Source: an uncultured Elusimicrobia bacterium
Lineage (GTDB): Bacteria; Elusimicrobiota; Elusimicrobia; 2-01-FULL-59-12
Direction: 5' to 3'
DNA: 32,000 bases
Assembly: GCA_964441955.1 (NCBI GenBank)
Contig: CAYTWA010000002.1
Span: forward strand, 137,170 to 169,169
Shown here: positions 22,850 to 31,917 of the stretch, in pieces
How positions within the stretch are numbered: position 1 is the first letter of the stretch
Layout: every line of letters begins with the position of its first letter
Translations under genes and position numbers: made by a program
The notes under the pieces: generated by a model
Database searches by the model: none
Seen by the model: only the letters and a program-made list of their open reading frames with translations
Told to the model about the DNA's origin: nothing

Positions 22850-23045
22850 AACGCGACGGGTAGAGGAATCTCGTGAAAATCGAGAGCTGCCCCGCAACGG
22901 TGAATGGTGGTGAGTAAGCCAGTAAGCGAGTGAGCGAGTAAGTAAGGAGTGACTTTCCATAATCGCTTACTCGCTCAATCGCTCACTCACTTCTTTAAGT
23001 CCGGTCTACTGTCCGTCGCCATCCTAAAACTTCGAGGGAAGGAGC
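22850..23045 (+). promoter_or_regulatory. cobalamin (B12) riboswitch
   Basis: GGAAUCUCGUGAAAAUCGAGAGCUGCCCCGCAACGGUGAA (22865-22904) matches the conserved cobalamin-riboswitch core as I recall it (GGAAnCnGGUGnnAAUCCnGnGCUGnCCCCGCAACUGUAA; compare the E. coli btuB leader). There is a B12-box-like AAGUCCGGUCUACUGUCC at 22997-23014. The P1 candidate is GCGACGG 22853-22859 / CCGUCGC 23013-23019. The SD GGAAGGAG precedes ATG 23051. Confidence 0.75.
22910..22990. repeat. second copy of the octamer-array palindromic element, forming the variable arm of the riboswitch
   Basis: GTGAGTAAGCCAGTAAGCGAGTGAGCG (22910-22936) pairs with CGCTTACTCGCTCAATCGCTCACTCAC (22964-22990): 27 positions with 5 mismatches and a 27-nt loop. 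The unit GAGT(A/G)AGC is the same as in the element at 16685-16772. Confidence 0.7.
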
Positions 23046-23050
23046 CTTAC

Positions 23051-23575
23051 ATGTTTAACTTACGTTTCTGGACTTTGACCGGAGTCGTTGCTCTCGCCGC
23101 TGCACTGCGTCTAATGCCTCATCCTTGGAATGCGACGCCTATTGCCGCGATGGCACTTTTTGCAGGTGTGCATTTCTCCAATCGAAAAATAGCCTTTTTG
23201 GTGCCTCTCTTGGCCATGTTCATCTCGGATCTGGTCCTGGGTTGGCATTCATTGGTTGGGGTGGTGTATGGGTGCTTTGCCGTCACCGTGTGGCTTGGCC
23301 AGTGGGTACGGCGCGACCTTTCAGTCCTCCGTGTGGCATCCGCGAGTTTAGGCGCTTCCATGCTTTTTTTCCTTGTGACGAACTTCGCGGTGTGGCTGAC
23401 AAGCGGTCTTTACAGCCAAACCGGCGCCGGGCTGTCGGCTTGTTTCGTGGCGGCATCGCCATTTTTTCGTCATACGCTACTTGGCGACCTGGCCTACACG
23501 GCGCTTTTCTTCGGGGCTTTCCATTTGTCCCAGCTGCGTTTTCCCGTTTTGCGGGAAAGCGCTGTTTCTCTTTAA
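23051..23575 (+). CDS. small 6-TM membrane protein, riboswitch-controlled; candidate corrinoid transporter (resembles the family annotated DUF6580 putative transport protein)
   Basis: ATG 23051 sits 6 nt after GGAAGGAG. The 174 aa contain six hydrophobic segments, and the N-terminal LMPHPWNATPIAAMALFAG is as I recall for that family. The track ORF start at 22949 lies inside the riboswitch and is not coding. Confidence 0.65.
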   Translation: MFNLRFWTLTGVVALAAALRLMPHPWNATPIAAMALFAGVHFSNRKIAFLVPLLAMFISDLVLGWHSLVGVVYGCFAVTVWLGQWVRRDLSVLRVASASLGASMLFFLVTNFAVWLTSGLYSQTGAGLSACFVAASPFFRHTLLGDLAYTALFFGAFHLSQLRFPVLRESAVSL

Positions 23576-23588
23576 GAGCGAGGGCGTC

Positions 23589-25532
23589 ATGAACACACGC
23601 GCTCTTTTGGGGATATTTTGTCTCTGCACACCCTTTGCGGCGGCCGATCAGGACGTTTTCCTCTCCTTAACACGTGCCCCTTTGCCTATGGATACCCTCC
23701 CGACGTCCGTCGAGTCCGTTGGGCCAACGGAATTTGCGCGTTGGAATGCGCAAACCGCCGGTGAAGCGGTTTCACGCCTGACCAGCATCCAGGTTCAGCC
23801 GGTGGGTTCCCTGGGAGCTCTCCAGACGATTCGGCTGCGTGGTTCAAACACCAACCAAAACCTCGTCATGATCGATGGACGTCCGATTGGAAGTGTCGCC
23901 TTTGCCTCTTCTCAGGATTTAACGGAAATACCCATAGAGGCGATTGAGCGTATCGAAGTGATTCGAGGAGGTGCCTCATCGCTTTACGGGCCCAATGCGT
24001 TGGCCGGTGTCATCCATATCATCACCCGGCGCGGCACCAACGAAAAAACGAGTGGTTCCTTAGGCTACGACTACGGGTCTTATGGGCGCAATATTTTCCG
24101 CGGCTCGGTCGGGTCAAAAAAAGGGCCATTCGATTATTTCTTGTATGGAAATAAACAAAACGAGAGCGGTTTTCGGGATAATTCCGAAGCCGCAACCTTA
24201 AACGTCGGAACCCACCTGGGTCTTTCGCTGGGAAAAGCCGGGGGGGTAGAGCTCAGCGGTGCGCTGTATCAAGCCGACCAGGGAATTCCTGGGCAATTTT
24301 TCCCGGCTATTCCAACGAATCGCTTCGATACAAACCGCGAACGCGCGGCGGTTTCGTCCCAGGCCAACCAGACCACACAAACCCAGTCACTGCGAGCCTC
24401 TCATGAAATCGGCTTGCCAAGGGATTCGAAGCTGACCACTTCCGTTTGGGGGTCCGAGCGCAGAGTCATCTATAAAGACCGGCCCAGCTTCGTAAATACG
24501 GACCGCACAGAATGGTCGAAAGGAAGCGAGGTGAAGGTGAATGCGCCCTTGGGGTTGACGTTCGGCGGAAGTTTCCTTCAAGACAAGGAAGACAGCATCG
24601 ATCACATCACGCCGAGGAGCTCCTTTACGCGAAAGGCCGAAAACGTGGGGTTTTTTATTGAAGAAAAGTTTTATTGGAAGCCGTTGACGGTAATCCCCAG
24701 TGGTCGTTTTGACCGGCATAGCCAGTTTGGCTGGTCTAAGAACCCACGCGTGCAAACGATTGTGGATGCCACCGACAACCTACGTATCTCCTGCTCTGCC
24801 GCCAGGTCGTTTAGGGCTCCGACGATAGATGAACTCTATTATCCATTCACAAACTTTGGTTTTGGGTTTAGCTATCGAGGCAATCCGAGCCTGCAGCCCG
24901 AAACGGCGTGGAGCTATGACGGTGGGTTTGAACTTTACAACGATGCCGTAAGTTTTAAAGCCACCTATTTCCGTACCAACGTAAGCAACTTAATCCAAAG
25001 TACGCTGGATAATGCTTCAACAGTGATCAATATCGGCAATGCTCGCCGTCAAGGCGCAGAACTTCAGTTGGATAAAACGGACGGCTCAATCCTTCTGAAT
25101 GCATTGTTTGGAATCCTCCCTTCGATGGGGGAGTCAAAAAATAAAATTACGGACTTTATTCGAACCCACTCACGCGACACGGTGAATTACACGTATTTGG
25201 ATAATCGCGGTATCCCTCCGGGCTTTACGGATGATGTGGAGTTACGCTACAGCCCGCGGCATACGGTCAACTGGGTCGCGACGTTTTCTCCCTGTTCGCA
25301 TTTTGACTGGGACAACGCGGTTCGCTACGTGGACGCGCGCTTCTCAGGTAATAATGAAACGGGAACGAAGCTGGGTTCGATGGTGCTCTGGGATACGAAA
25401 TTGACCAAACGCTGGAAACAACTCGAAGCTTACCTCAGCGTTCGCGATGTGACCAATCGCCGCTACGAAGAGCAAGCGGGTTATCCGTTGCCTGGCCGTA
25501 CGTTCTTGGGTGGAGTTGCCTGGAAGTACTAA
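23589..25532 (+). CDS. TonB-dependent receptor, BtuB-like (paralog 1)
   Basis: Signal peptide MNTRALLGIFCLCTPFAAA, TonB-box-like DVFLSLTR, and plug motifs IEVIRGGASSLYGPNALAGVIHIITRRG. The barrel motif is FRAPTIDELY and the terminal strand is aromatic (GGVAWKY). The gene is co-transcribed behind the B12 riboswitch. Confidence 0.9.
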   Translation: MNTRALLGIFCLCTPFAAADQDVFLSLTRAPLPMDTLPTSVESVGPTEFARWNAQTAGEAVSRLTSIQVQPVGSLGALQTIRLRGSNTNQNLVMIDGRPIGSVAFASSQDLTEIPIEAIERIEVIRGGASSLYGPNALAGVIHIITRRGTNEKTSGSLGYDYGSYGRNIFRGSVGSKKGPFDYFLYGNKQNESGFRDNSEAATLNVGTHLGLSLGKAGGVELSGALYQADQGIPGQFFPAIPTNRFDTNRERAAVSSQANQTTQTQSLRASHEIGLPRDSKLTTSVWGSERRVIYKDRPSFVNTDRTEWSKGSEVKVNAPLGLTFGGSFLQDKEDSIDHITPRSSFTRKAENVGFFIEEKFYWKPLTVIPSGRFDRHSQFGWSKNPRVQTIVDATDNLRISCSAARSFRAPTIDELYYPFTNFGFGFSYRGNPSLQPETAWSYDGGFELYNDAVSFKATYFRTNVSNLIQSTLDNASTVINIGNARRQGAELQLDKTDGSILLNALFGILPSMGESKNKITDFIRTHSRDTVNYTYLDNRGIPPGFTDDVELRYSPRHTVNWVATFSPCSHFDWDNAVRYVDARFSGNNETGTKLGSMVLWDTKLTKRWKQLEAYLSVRDVTNRRYEEQAGYPLPGRTFLGGVAWKY

Positions 25533-25555
25533 AAACACCTTGATACACTGGCACG

Positions 25556-27568
25556 GTGAATAAGCGCGCCTTAGCCTTTTCTTTCCTTATCCTGATGGGT
25601 AGTGATGCCTGGGCGGACCCGAGCGCTTCCGAACCGGTGGGCCCGCCTTTGTCGTATCCAGTCGCGCCTGTTTCTACCATCACCGCTTCTGTCGCGTTAA
25701 CCGGTGAAACGCTTTCCGCGCCGGCTCCCCGGGCCATGACGGATTCTTCAGACGAAAATGTAATTATCTCGCTCACCCGCTCTGCCCAAGATTCAAAATC
25801 GCTTCCAACGACCGCGGACGTAATTTCGGCGAATGAAATTCGGCGTTTGCGCGTGCGGACCGCGGGAGATGTGCTGGCGCTCTTGACACCGTTTCGTTTC
25901 CATACGCAAGGCCACCTGGCAAGTCCTCAAAAGGCGAGCCTTCGCGGGGCGCCTTCTGCCCAAACGCTCGTCCTCGTGGATGGGCGGCCTTGGGGCGGTG
26001 TGGCATTTAACGGAAGCCAAGACCTGGCCGAGATTAGCGTGCAGCAAATAGACCGTATCGAAATTGTCCGAAGCGATCAGTCTGTCCTTTATGGTCCAAA
26101 TGCCTCAGGCGGCGTGATCAACATCATCTCGGCACGCGCGTCGCATGAGGGCTTGCCGACCAGTCACGTTGGCGTGGAAGGCAATTCCTTAGGCGGGCCT
26201 ACGTATCGATTGGACGCAGGGTCCCGTTATGGGCCTGTTGATTTCTTTTTCTTTGGGAATCAGTCCCGTGAAAGCGGTTTTCGAATCAATCAGGATGCGA
26301 AAATCTACACCCTTGGAGGCAACGTAGGGCTGGCCATGGGGAAAGCGGGAAAACTTCTTTTTGACGCCTCTTCGTATCAAGCGCGGGCGGGTATTCCGGG
26401 CCGGCTAAACCCTGATTTACCGGTCAGCCATTATGACGGCAATAGTGAACGGATAGGGCCCACGCCAGGGGCAAGGCAAACCACGGGGAGTGACGCGCTC
26501 CGTGCGTCATATCTTTTAGCGTTTTCGAAGGATGCGATGCTCAGCGTTCGAGCCTTCGGCTCGCAACGACATGTCGATTATCGTAATTTGGATTTTCCTC
26601 GAATCTCCGAACGGCATGAGTTTAACCGCGGCTTGGAAGCGCAGCTAAATCTTCCGCGCGGTCTATTAGCTGGGGGGACGTTTCTGCGGGATCGTCTGGA
26701 TAACCAAGACCATACGACACCGCAAAAAAATGTGACGGCCCATGTGGAAAATTGGGGATGGTTCTTACAGGAAACGTGGTCCTGGTCGCGTTTTACGCTG
26801 ATCCCCGGCGTTCGGTTTAGCAACAACAGTCAATTTGGTCCTTCGACGGACCCCAACATCAAAGGTTGGGTTGAAGTGTCCGACAGGCTGCGTTTCTCCG
26901 GTTCCGCTGGGCGCGCGTTTCGAGCCCCTACCTTAGATGATGTGTTTACGCCGCTAACGTTTTTGGGAGATGGGTTCAGCATTCAGGGCAACGCGGCGCT
27001 CCGTCCCGAAAGAATATGGACTTACGACGCCGGGTTTGAGCTTCATCGTGATTCCGCCAGCGTCAAAGCGACCTATTTCCGTGCCATCGCGTCCGATTTG
27101 ATCCAAACCACGGGGAATGTGGCGGATGCTCCCGTGAATGTCGATCGCGTGCGTCGCCAGGGAGGCGAGATCGCCTTTAACTATTCGCGAAGCCCTCGGT
27201 TTTTAAACCGTGTCACCTATCAATACTTGGAGAACCATGGAACTCCGCCGGGGTTTTCACGTCCTGTGACTTTGCGTTTAAGCCCGCGACATCAAGCCTC
27301 CTATCACGCACAATTTCTTCTGGGTAAAAAATTTACGATGACTCATATTGTGCGCTACAGGAGTTCCTCATATGAAAATGATAATCGAACGGGATCCAAA
27401 ATGTCCTCCGTGGCCACTTGGGACGCGCGATTTCAATATCCGGTTCGTCAGATGGATTTTTATCTCGGGGTAGATAACATTCTGGGGAAACGCTTCCGTG
27501 AACGCGGCGGGTATCCGCTTCCGGGCCGGATGGTCTATGGCGGCGTGGACTTGCGTTTATGGGGATAG
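25556..27568 (+). CDS. TonB-dependent receptor, BtuB-like (paralog 2)
   Basis: GTG start and signal peptide MNKRALAFSFLILMGSDAWA. NVIISLTR, IEIVRSDQSVLYGPNASGGVINIISARA and FRAPTLDDVF are colinear with paralog 1. Confidence 0.9.
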   Translation: MNKRALAFSFLILMGSDAWADPSASEPVGPPLSYPVAPVSTITASVALTGETLSAPAPRAMTDSSDENVIISLTRSAQDSKSLPTTADVISANEIRRLRVRTAGDVLALLTPFRFHTQGHLASPQKASLRGAPSAQTLVLVDGRPWGGVAFNGSQDLAEISVQQIDRIEIVRSDQSVLYGPNASGGVINIISARASHEGLPTSHVGVEGNSLGGPTYRLDAGSRYGPVDFFFFGNQSRESGFRINQDAKIYTLGGNVGLAMGKAGKLLFDASSYQARAGIPGRLNPDLPVSHYDGNSERIGPTPGARQTTGSDALRASYLLAFSKDAMLSVRAFGSQRHVDYRNLDFPRISERHEFNRGLEAQLNLPRGLLAGGTFLRDRLDNQDHTTPQKNVTAHVENWGWFLQETWSWSRFTLIPGVRFSNNSQFGPSTDPNIKGWVEVSDRLRFSGSAGRAFRAPTLDDVFTPLTFLGDGFSIQGNAALRPERIWTYDAGFELHRDSASVKATYFRAIASDLIQTTGNVADAPVNVDRVRRQGGEIAFNYSRSPRFLNRVTYQYLENHGTPPGFSRPVTLRLSPRHQASYHAQFLLGKKFTMTHIVRYRSSSYENDNRTGSKMSSVATWDARFQYPVRQMDFYLGVDNILGKRFRERGGYPLPGRMVYGGVDLRLWG

Positions 27569-27609
27569 AAAACATGTCGCGAAAATTCGGAAATTGAGGG
27601 GAAATTTTC

Positions 27610-27637
27610 TTGACTCGTAGAACAGAAAATCTATAAT
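27610..27637 (+). promoter_or_regulatory. near-consensus sigma70 promoter immediately upstream of speH
   Basis: TTGACT (27610-27615), a 16-nt spacer, then TATAAT (27632-27637). The -10 ends 10 nt before the TTG start codon at 27648. Three GAAA(A)TT repeats (27581-27609) lie just upstream of the -35. Confidence 0.6.
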
Positions 27638-27647
27638 TTCGCTCATC

Positions 27648-28028
27648 TTGAGATCACTCGGCCGCCATCTACTCATCGAGCTGTACAGTTGCGACCCCAA
27701 AATTCTGAACGATGTTCATAAAGCAGAAGCGGTTATGGTGGATGCCGCGAAATACGCCAAAGCGCGAATTGTGGATGTGGTGTTTCACACGTTCAACCCT
27801 CATGGGATATCCGGTGTGGTGGTTATCGCCGAGTCGCATTTAGCGATCCACACCTGGCCCGAATTCAATTATGCTTCGGTCGATGTCTATACGTGTGGAA
27901 CCGAGATTAATCCGTGGAAAGCCTATCACTATATGGCCAAACGATTTAAGGCCAAGAACATGACCGCGATCGAACTTAAACGCGGGGTTCTCCCCATTCC
28001 TGCAAAACTTCTGAAACACAAACCCTAA
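27648..28028 (+). CDS. speH: S-adenosylmethionine decarboxylase proenzyme (small, pyruvoyl-dependent type)
   Basis: MRSLGRHLLIELYSCDPKILND aligns from residue 1 with the small SpeH-type proenzymes as I recall them. The self-processing site ESHLAIHTWPE and the motif DVYTCG are present. The start is TTG. Confidence 0.9.
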   Translation: MRSLGRHLLIELYSCDPKILNDVHKAEAVMVDAAKYAKARIVDVVFHTFNPHGISGVVVIAESHLAIHTWPEFNYASVDVYTCGTEINPWKAYHYMAKRFKAKNMTAIELKRGVLPIPAKLLKHKP

Positions 28029-28029
28029 A

Positions 28030-28992
28030 TTGGACGTATTGGATCCTTCTGCCACGGGCTCTGCGCCCACGCCAGTAGAAACGGAAATTTCTTCCGATTG
28101 GTTCACGGAGCGCTTTTCACCTCACGAATCGCACACCCATCACTTTAAAGAAATTCTTATACGCAAGCGGACTCAATTTCAAAATGCGGTGCTGGCTGAT
28201 TCGCATTCTTTTGGCCGTTGTCTTATTTTGGATGGGGAAATGCAGTCCGCTCAATTGGATGAATTCGTTTATCATGAATGTTTGGTCCAGCCAGCGATGA
28301 CGCTTCATGGAAATGTAAAAGACATTCTCATTTTAGGCGGCGGTGAAGGGGCAACGGTTCGTGAATTGCTGCGCCATAAAAGTGTCAAACGCGTGACAAT
28401 GGTGGATATCGATGGTGAAGTGGTGGATTTTTGTAAAGAATATTTGGGCGAATGGCATCGAGGCACGCTCACCCATAAAAAAACACGGCTTATCATCGAT
28501 GACGCGCGAAAATTTGTTCTTGAACAAAACGAGCAGTTTGATCTAATCATTTCCGATTTACCCACGCCCATTGAAGGCGGCCCGGCCTACCAGCTTTATA
28601 CGCTTGAGTTTTATAAAAAAATGCTCACACGACTTCGCCCCGGAGGATTGTTTATTGCGCAGGCCGGTTCGGGGAGTTTAATTCAGATCCATTTTCATGC
28701 CGTTTTGGCCAATACATTAAGCAAGTTGTTCAAAGTTGTTCGTCCCTTTTACGCGTTTGTGCCGTCTTTTGATGTGCCTTGGGCATTTTTGTTATGCAGC
28801 CAAAAAGCGGACCCCGCCGCACTTTCTGCCAAAGAAGTAGACCGTCGTTTGGGAGCGGTCGGTAAAAATCTTCGCTTTTACGACGGCCAAGCCCATGTTG
28901 GGTTGTTTAACATCCCCAAATATCTGCGGACACACCTAGCTCGCGAGAAAGCAGTCATTTCGGAAAAGAAACCCGTATTTTTCTTTAAGTAG
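28030..28992 (+). CDS. speE: spermidine synthase (aminopropyltransferase)
   Basis: LILDGEMQSAQLDEFVYHE, ILGGGEGATVRELLRH and MVDIDGEVV are present. The TTG start lies 1 nt after the speH stop and no SD is visible. Confidence 0.9.
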   Translation: MDVLDPSATGSAPTPVETEISSDWFTERFSPHESHTHHFKEILIRKRTQFQNAVLADSHSFGRCLILDGEMQSAQLDEFVYHECLVQPAMTLHGNVKDILILGGGEGATVRELLRHKSVKRVTMVDIDGEVVDFCKEYLGEWHRGTLTHKKTRLIIDDARKFVLEQNEQFDLIISDLPTPIEGGPAYQLYTLEFYKKMLTRLRPGGLFIAQAGSGSLIQIHFHAVLANTLSKLFKVVRPFYAFVPSFDVPWAFLLCSQKADPAALSAKEVDRRLGAVGKNLRFYDGQAHVGLFNIPKYLRTHLAREKAVISEKKPVFFFK

Positions 28993-29019
28993 CGCGGCTC
29001 TTCCTTATATAAGGCATTT

Positions 29020-30480
29020 ATGGAAAATCCCCAGGACCGTACCCCCTTAATGGATACCTTAATTCGTCACGCTAAACGTGAAGTGGTGTCGTTCCACACT
29101 CCCGGGCACAAAAACGGACAAGGAATCGACCCGAAATTGCGTGCTTATACGGGTCGAAATGTGTGGCGAATGGATGTGACGGTATTCCCAGAGGTCGATT
29201 CGCTCCATGACCCGGTGGGACCCATCAAAAAAGCCCAAGCGCTCATGGCGCAAGCTTATGGGGTTAAATACTCCCAGTTTTTAATCAACGGATCGTCTTG
29301 CGGAAACATGGCGATGCTCATGGCTTCCTGCCATCCCGGGGATTCCGTTATTTTGTCGCGCAATGCCCATAAATCGACGTTGTCGGGCGTCATCATGTCT
29401 GGGATTTGGCCCATTTGGATTCAGCCGAAGGTTGATCAGCATTTGGACATTATTTTTGATTCGGATGCCGCGCAAATTGAAGAAGCCCTTCGCCAATACC
29501 CCGAAGCCAAGGCGGTTTTTGTCACAAGTCCGACCTATCACGGCGTCGTGACGGATTTAAAAAAAATCGCTGACCTCTGCCATTCAAAGGGGAAAATGCT
29601 GCTGGTGGACGAGGCTCATGGGGCGCACCTGAAGTTTCATAAAGATTTGCCGATGTCGGCCGTGGAGGCCGGGGCGGATATGTGCGTGCAGTCGACGCAT
29701 AAAATTTTAAGCGCCATGTCTCAAGGCTCCGTGCTTCACATTAACTCGGATGCAGTGGATATCAACCGCGTAAGGAAAATTCTTTCGATTCTTCAAACGA
29801 CTAGCCCCAATTATGTGACCCTGGCCTCTCTCGATGCGGCACGCCGGCAAGCTTACTTTCATGGGGAAAAAATATTCTCGCGTGTCATGAAGTTAGCCGA
29901 AATGGCACGAGAGCGAATTAATAAACTCCAGCGAATCTACGCCATCACGCAGGGAGAAATTCGAGCGAAAGGCTACGACTTGGATGTGACCAAGCTGACG
30001 TTTAACGTAACGCGCACGGGTCTTTCCGGTCATGACGTGGAGGAGTTATTGGCCCATAAATATCAGATTCAGGTGGACTGTGCTGATTTGTTTAATTTGA
30101 TCGCTATCATGGGGGTGGGGACCACCAAAAAAGACGTTGAACGGCTGGTTGCCGCCATCGAAGACATTGACCGTATGGATGTGGGCAAAGAGAAAAATTG
30201 GGTGTTCCAGTTGCCTTCGTTGTCAACCGAGATGGTCATGACGCCTCGCGATGTTTTCCTGCAGCAAACCGCCAAACGCGTACCGCTGCGAAAATCCGTG
30301 GGCCATATCAGTGCTCAAACGCTGACCCCTTACCCTCCCGGTATTCCGGTGTTAATTCCAGGTGAACGGATCACGCAGGAAATCGTCGAATTTTTAGAGG
30401 ATCTCGCCGAGAAGGACGTTCGCATCAGCGGTCAAGAAACAGAAGAACTGCGTACCATAAAAATCGTTACTCCTCGATAA
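29020..30480 (+). CDS. PLP-dependent Orn/Lys/Arg decarboxylase family protein (probable arginine decarboxylase of the Bacillus SpeA type)
   Basis: The N-terminal SFHTPGHKNG and the PLP lysine motif QSTHKILSAMSQGS are present. The position behind speH-speE supports a polyamine role, but substrate is not determinable from sequence. Confidence 0.8.
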   Translation: MENPQDRTPLMDTLIRHAKREVVSFHTPGHKNGQGIDPKLRAYTGRNVWRMDVTVFPEVDSLHDPVGPIKKAQALMAQAYGVKYSQFLINGSSCGNMAMLMASCHPGDSVILSRNAHKSTLSGVIMSGIWPIWIQPKVDQHLDIIFDSDAAQIEEALRQYPEAKAVFVTSPTYHGVVTDLKKIADLCHSKGKMLLVDEAHGAHLKFHKDLPMSAVEAGADMCVQSTHKILSAMSQGSVLHINSDAVDINRVRKILSILQTTSPNYVTLASLDAARRQAYFHGEKIFSRVMKLAEMARERINKLQRIYAITQGEIRAKGYDLDVTKLTFNVTRTGLSGHDVEELLAHKYQIQVDCADLFNLIAIMGVGTTKKDVERLVAAIEDIDRMDVGKEKNWVFQLPSLSTEMVMTPRDVFLQQTAKRVPLRKSVGHISAQTLTPYPPGIPVLIPGERITQEIVEFLEDLAEKDVRISGQETEELRTIKIVTPR

Positions 30481-30506
30481 CGTTTTACTTCTTTCCTAAA
30501 TAAATG

Positions 30507-30535
30507 TTGACAGCTTAAAAATCTTTTTCTAGATT
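30507..30535 (+). promoter_or_regulatory. candidate sigma70 promoter for the cyclase/SRPBCC genes
   Basis: TTGACA (30507-30512), a 17-nt spacer, then TAGATT (30530-30535). This leaves a ~90-nt leader ending in GAGAGGAG before ATG 30633. Confidence 0.5.
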
Positions 30536-30632
30536 CACCGCGCTCTTAAACGAGCATGGCCTGCCAGGTCAGTGAAAGTAAACATCTCCCTAGCGACACA
30601 CACCTCTGAGAAGTCCCGAGAGGAGCCCAACT

Positions 30633-31481
30633 ATGGGTGCGAACTTGCGGGATCTCCGTCGTTGTCGAGTGGTCGATTTAAGTCTTCCGATTTCGCCCAA
30701 TACGGCGGAGCCAGGTCCGCCTCAAATTCAATATATTGATCATGCCCATGCAGCGCATGAGCTCGCGGCTGTGGCCACGCATCTCATCCAGCAGGCTTCG
30801 CCACAAGGCAGTCCCTCGCCCACCATCACGACAGATGCGTTTCATGATCATCTCGGGCTAGCCAACGAAAACCTCCAACTGGATTCTCATGCCGGAACGC
30901 ATATGGATGCTCCCTGGCATTTTGGCCCGCTCAGCGGTTCTCTAACCGCGAAAACGATCGATCAAATTCCCTTGTCTTGGTGCTGGGGTCCTGGGGTCGT
31001 TTTGGATTTAAGGCATAAGGCGCCAGGTTCGCTTATTTCTATTGATGATTTGAAATGCGCTTTAAATCGAATTCCTCACACTCTTGCCGCGGGAGAGATT
31101 GTTCTATTAATGACCGGGGCCGATAAGCACTTTGAAAAGCCCGATTATTTTTCTGCACACCCGGGCATGGGACGTGACGCTACGTTTTGGCTCTTAGATA
31201 AAGGGATACGCGTGATTGGTATCGATGCGTGGGGTTTTGACCGCCCGGCCGGGAACATGCTGAAAGACTATTTAGCTTCCGGGGATAACAGCGCCATTCT
31301 TCCCGCACACATGGCGGGTCGCGAACGAGAATATTGCCATATTGAAAAGCTTGGGAACCTCGATCAACTCCCTTGTGCAAACGGCTTCTGGGTATTTTGC
31401 TTTCCGATCAAAATTGAAAAAGGCAGTGCGGGCTGGGTTCGTGCAGTGGCTCTGGTGGAGGATTCCGATGCTGCAGCTTAA
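30633..31481 (+). CDS. cyclase family protein (kynurenine-formamidase-like metal hydrolase fold)
   Basis: HAGTHMDAPWHF matches the HxGTHxDxPxH signature. VIGIDAWGFD is the second conserved metal-site segment. Confidence 0.75.
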   Translation: MGANLRDLRRCRVVDLSLPISPNTAEPGPPQIQYIDHAHAAHELAAVATHLIQQASPQGSPSPTITTDAFHDHLGLANENLQLDSHAGTHMDAPWHFGPLSGSLTAKTIDQIPLSWCWGPGVVLDLRHKAPGSLISIDDLKCALNRIPHTLAAGEIVLLMTGADKHFEKPDYFSAHPGMGRDATFWLLDKGIRVIGIDAWGFDRPAGNMLKDYLASGDNSAILPAHMAGREREYCHIEKLGNLDQLPCANGFWVFCFPIKIEKGSAGWVRAVALVEDSDAAA

Positions 31482-31917
31482 AGATTCCATTGAGGTGCAT
31501 TGCTCCGTTGATCACCTGTACGGCGTGATCAGCGACGTTGAACGTCATGCTTCCTTATTGCCTGGGTATATTGAAAGTCGAATTGTGGAACGGCGCTCCG
31601 AGGGTGCCGTGGTTCAGCGCGAAGCCATGATCCACGGTCGACGTCGACGCTGGTTGTCCCTTGTTCATTGGGAGCCGAACGTTGGGCTTCATTTTGAGCA
31701 ACTGGAAGGCCCGCTGCAAGGCATGCGGATTCAATGGTTGATTGCCCCAGCCACTCAAGGTGCGTCTCTTTGCATTCGTCATGATGTTCATGTGCGCCCA
31801 TGGTGGAAACGCTGGTGGATGGAGCGCTGGGTAGCCAAGCCTGCAATCGAAAAGACCGCACGCCTTGTACTTAAAGCCATCAAATCCGTAGCCGAAAAAA
31901 AAGAGGATCGCTTATGA
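31468..31917 (+). CDS. SRPBCC-superfamily protein (polyketide cyclase/dehydrase / RatA-like)
   Basis: ATG 31468 follows GGAGGA and overlaps the upstream gene by 14 nt. The N-terminus SIEVHCSVDHLYGVISDVERHASLLPGY is typical of this fold family. The track start 31342 lies inside the cyclase gene. Confidence 0.65.
   Translation: MLQLKDSIEVHCSVDHLYGVISDVERHASLLPGYIESRIVERRSEGAVVQREAMIHGRRRRWLSLVHWEPNVGLHFEQLEGPLQGMRIQWLIAPATQGASLCIRHDVHVRPWWKRWWMERWVAKPAIEKTARLVLKAIKSVAEKKEDRL

Noticed and set aside
22949-23050. 5' extensions of track ORFs, such as 22949..23050. The same issue affects 3698..3880, 5979..6086, 7816..7914, 23481..23588 and 31342..31467.
   Set aside because: Each extension overlaps the upstream gene or the riboswitch. 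Each lacks an RBS and precedes an internal start that has an RBS, a signal peptide or a family-typical N-terminus.
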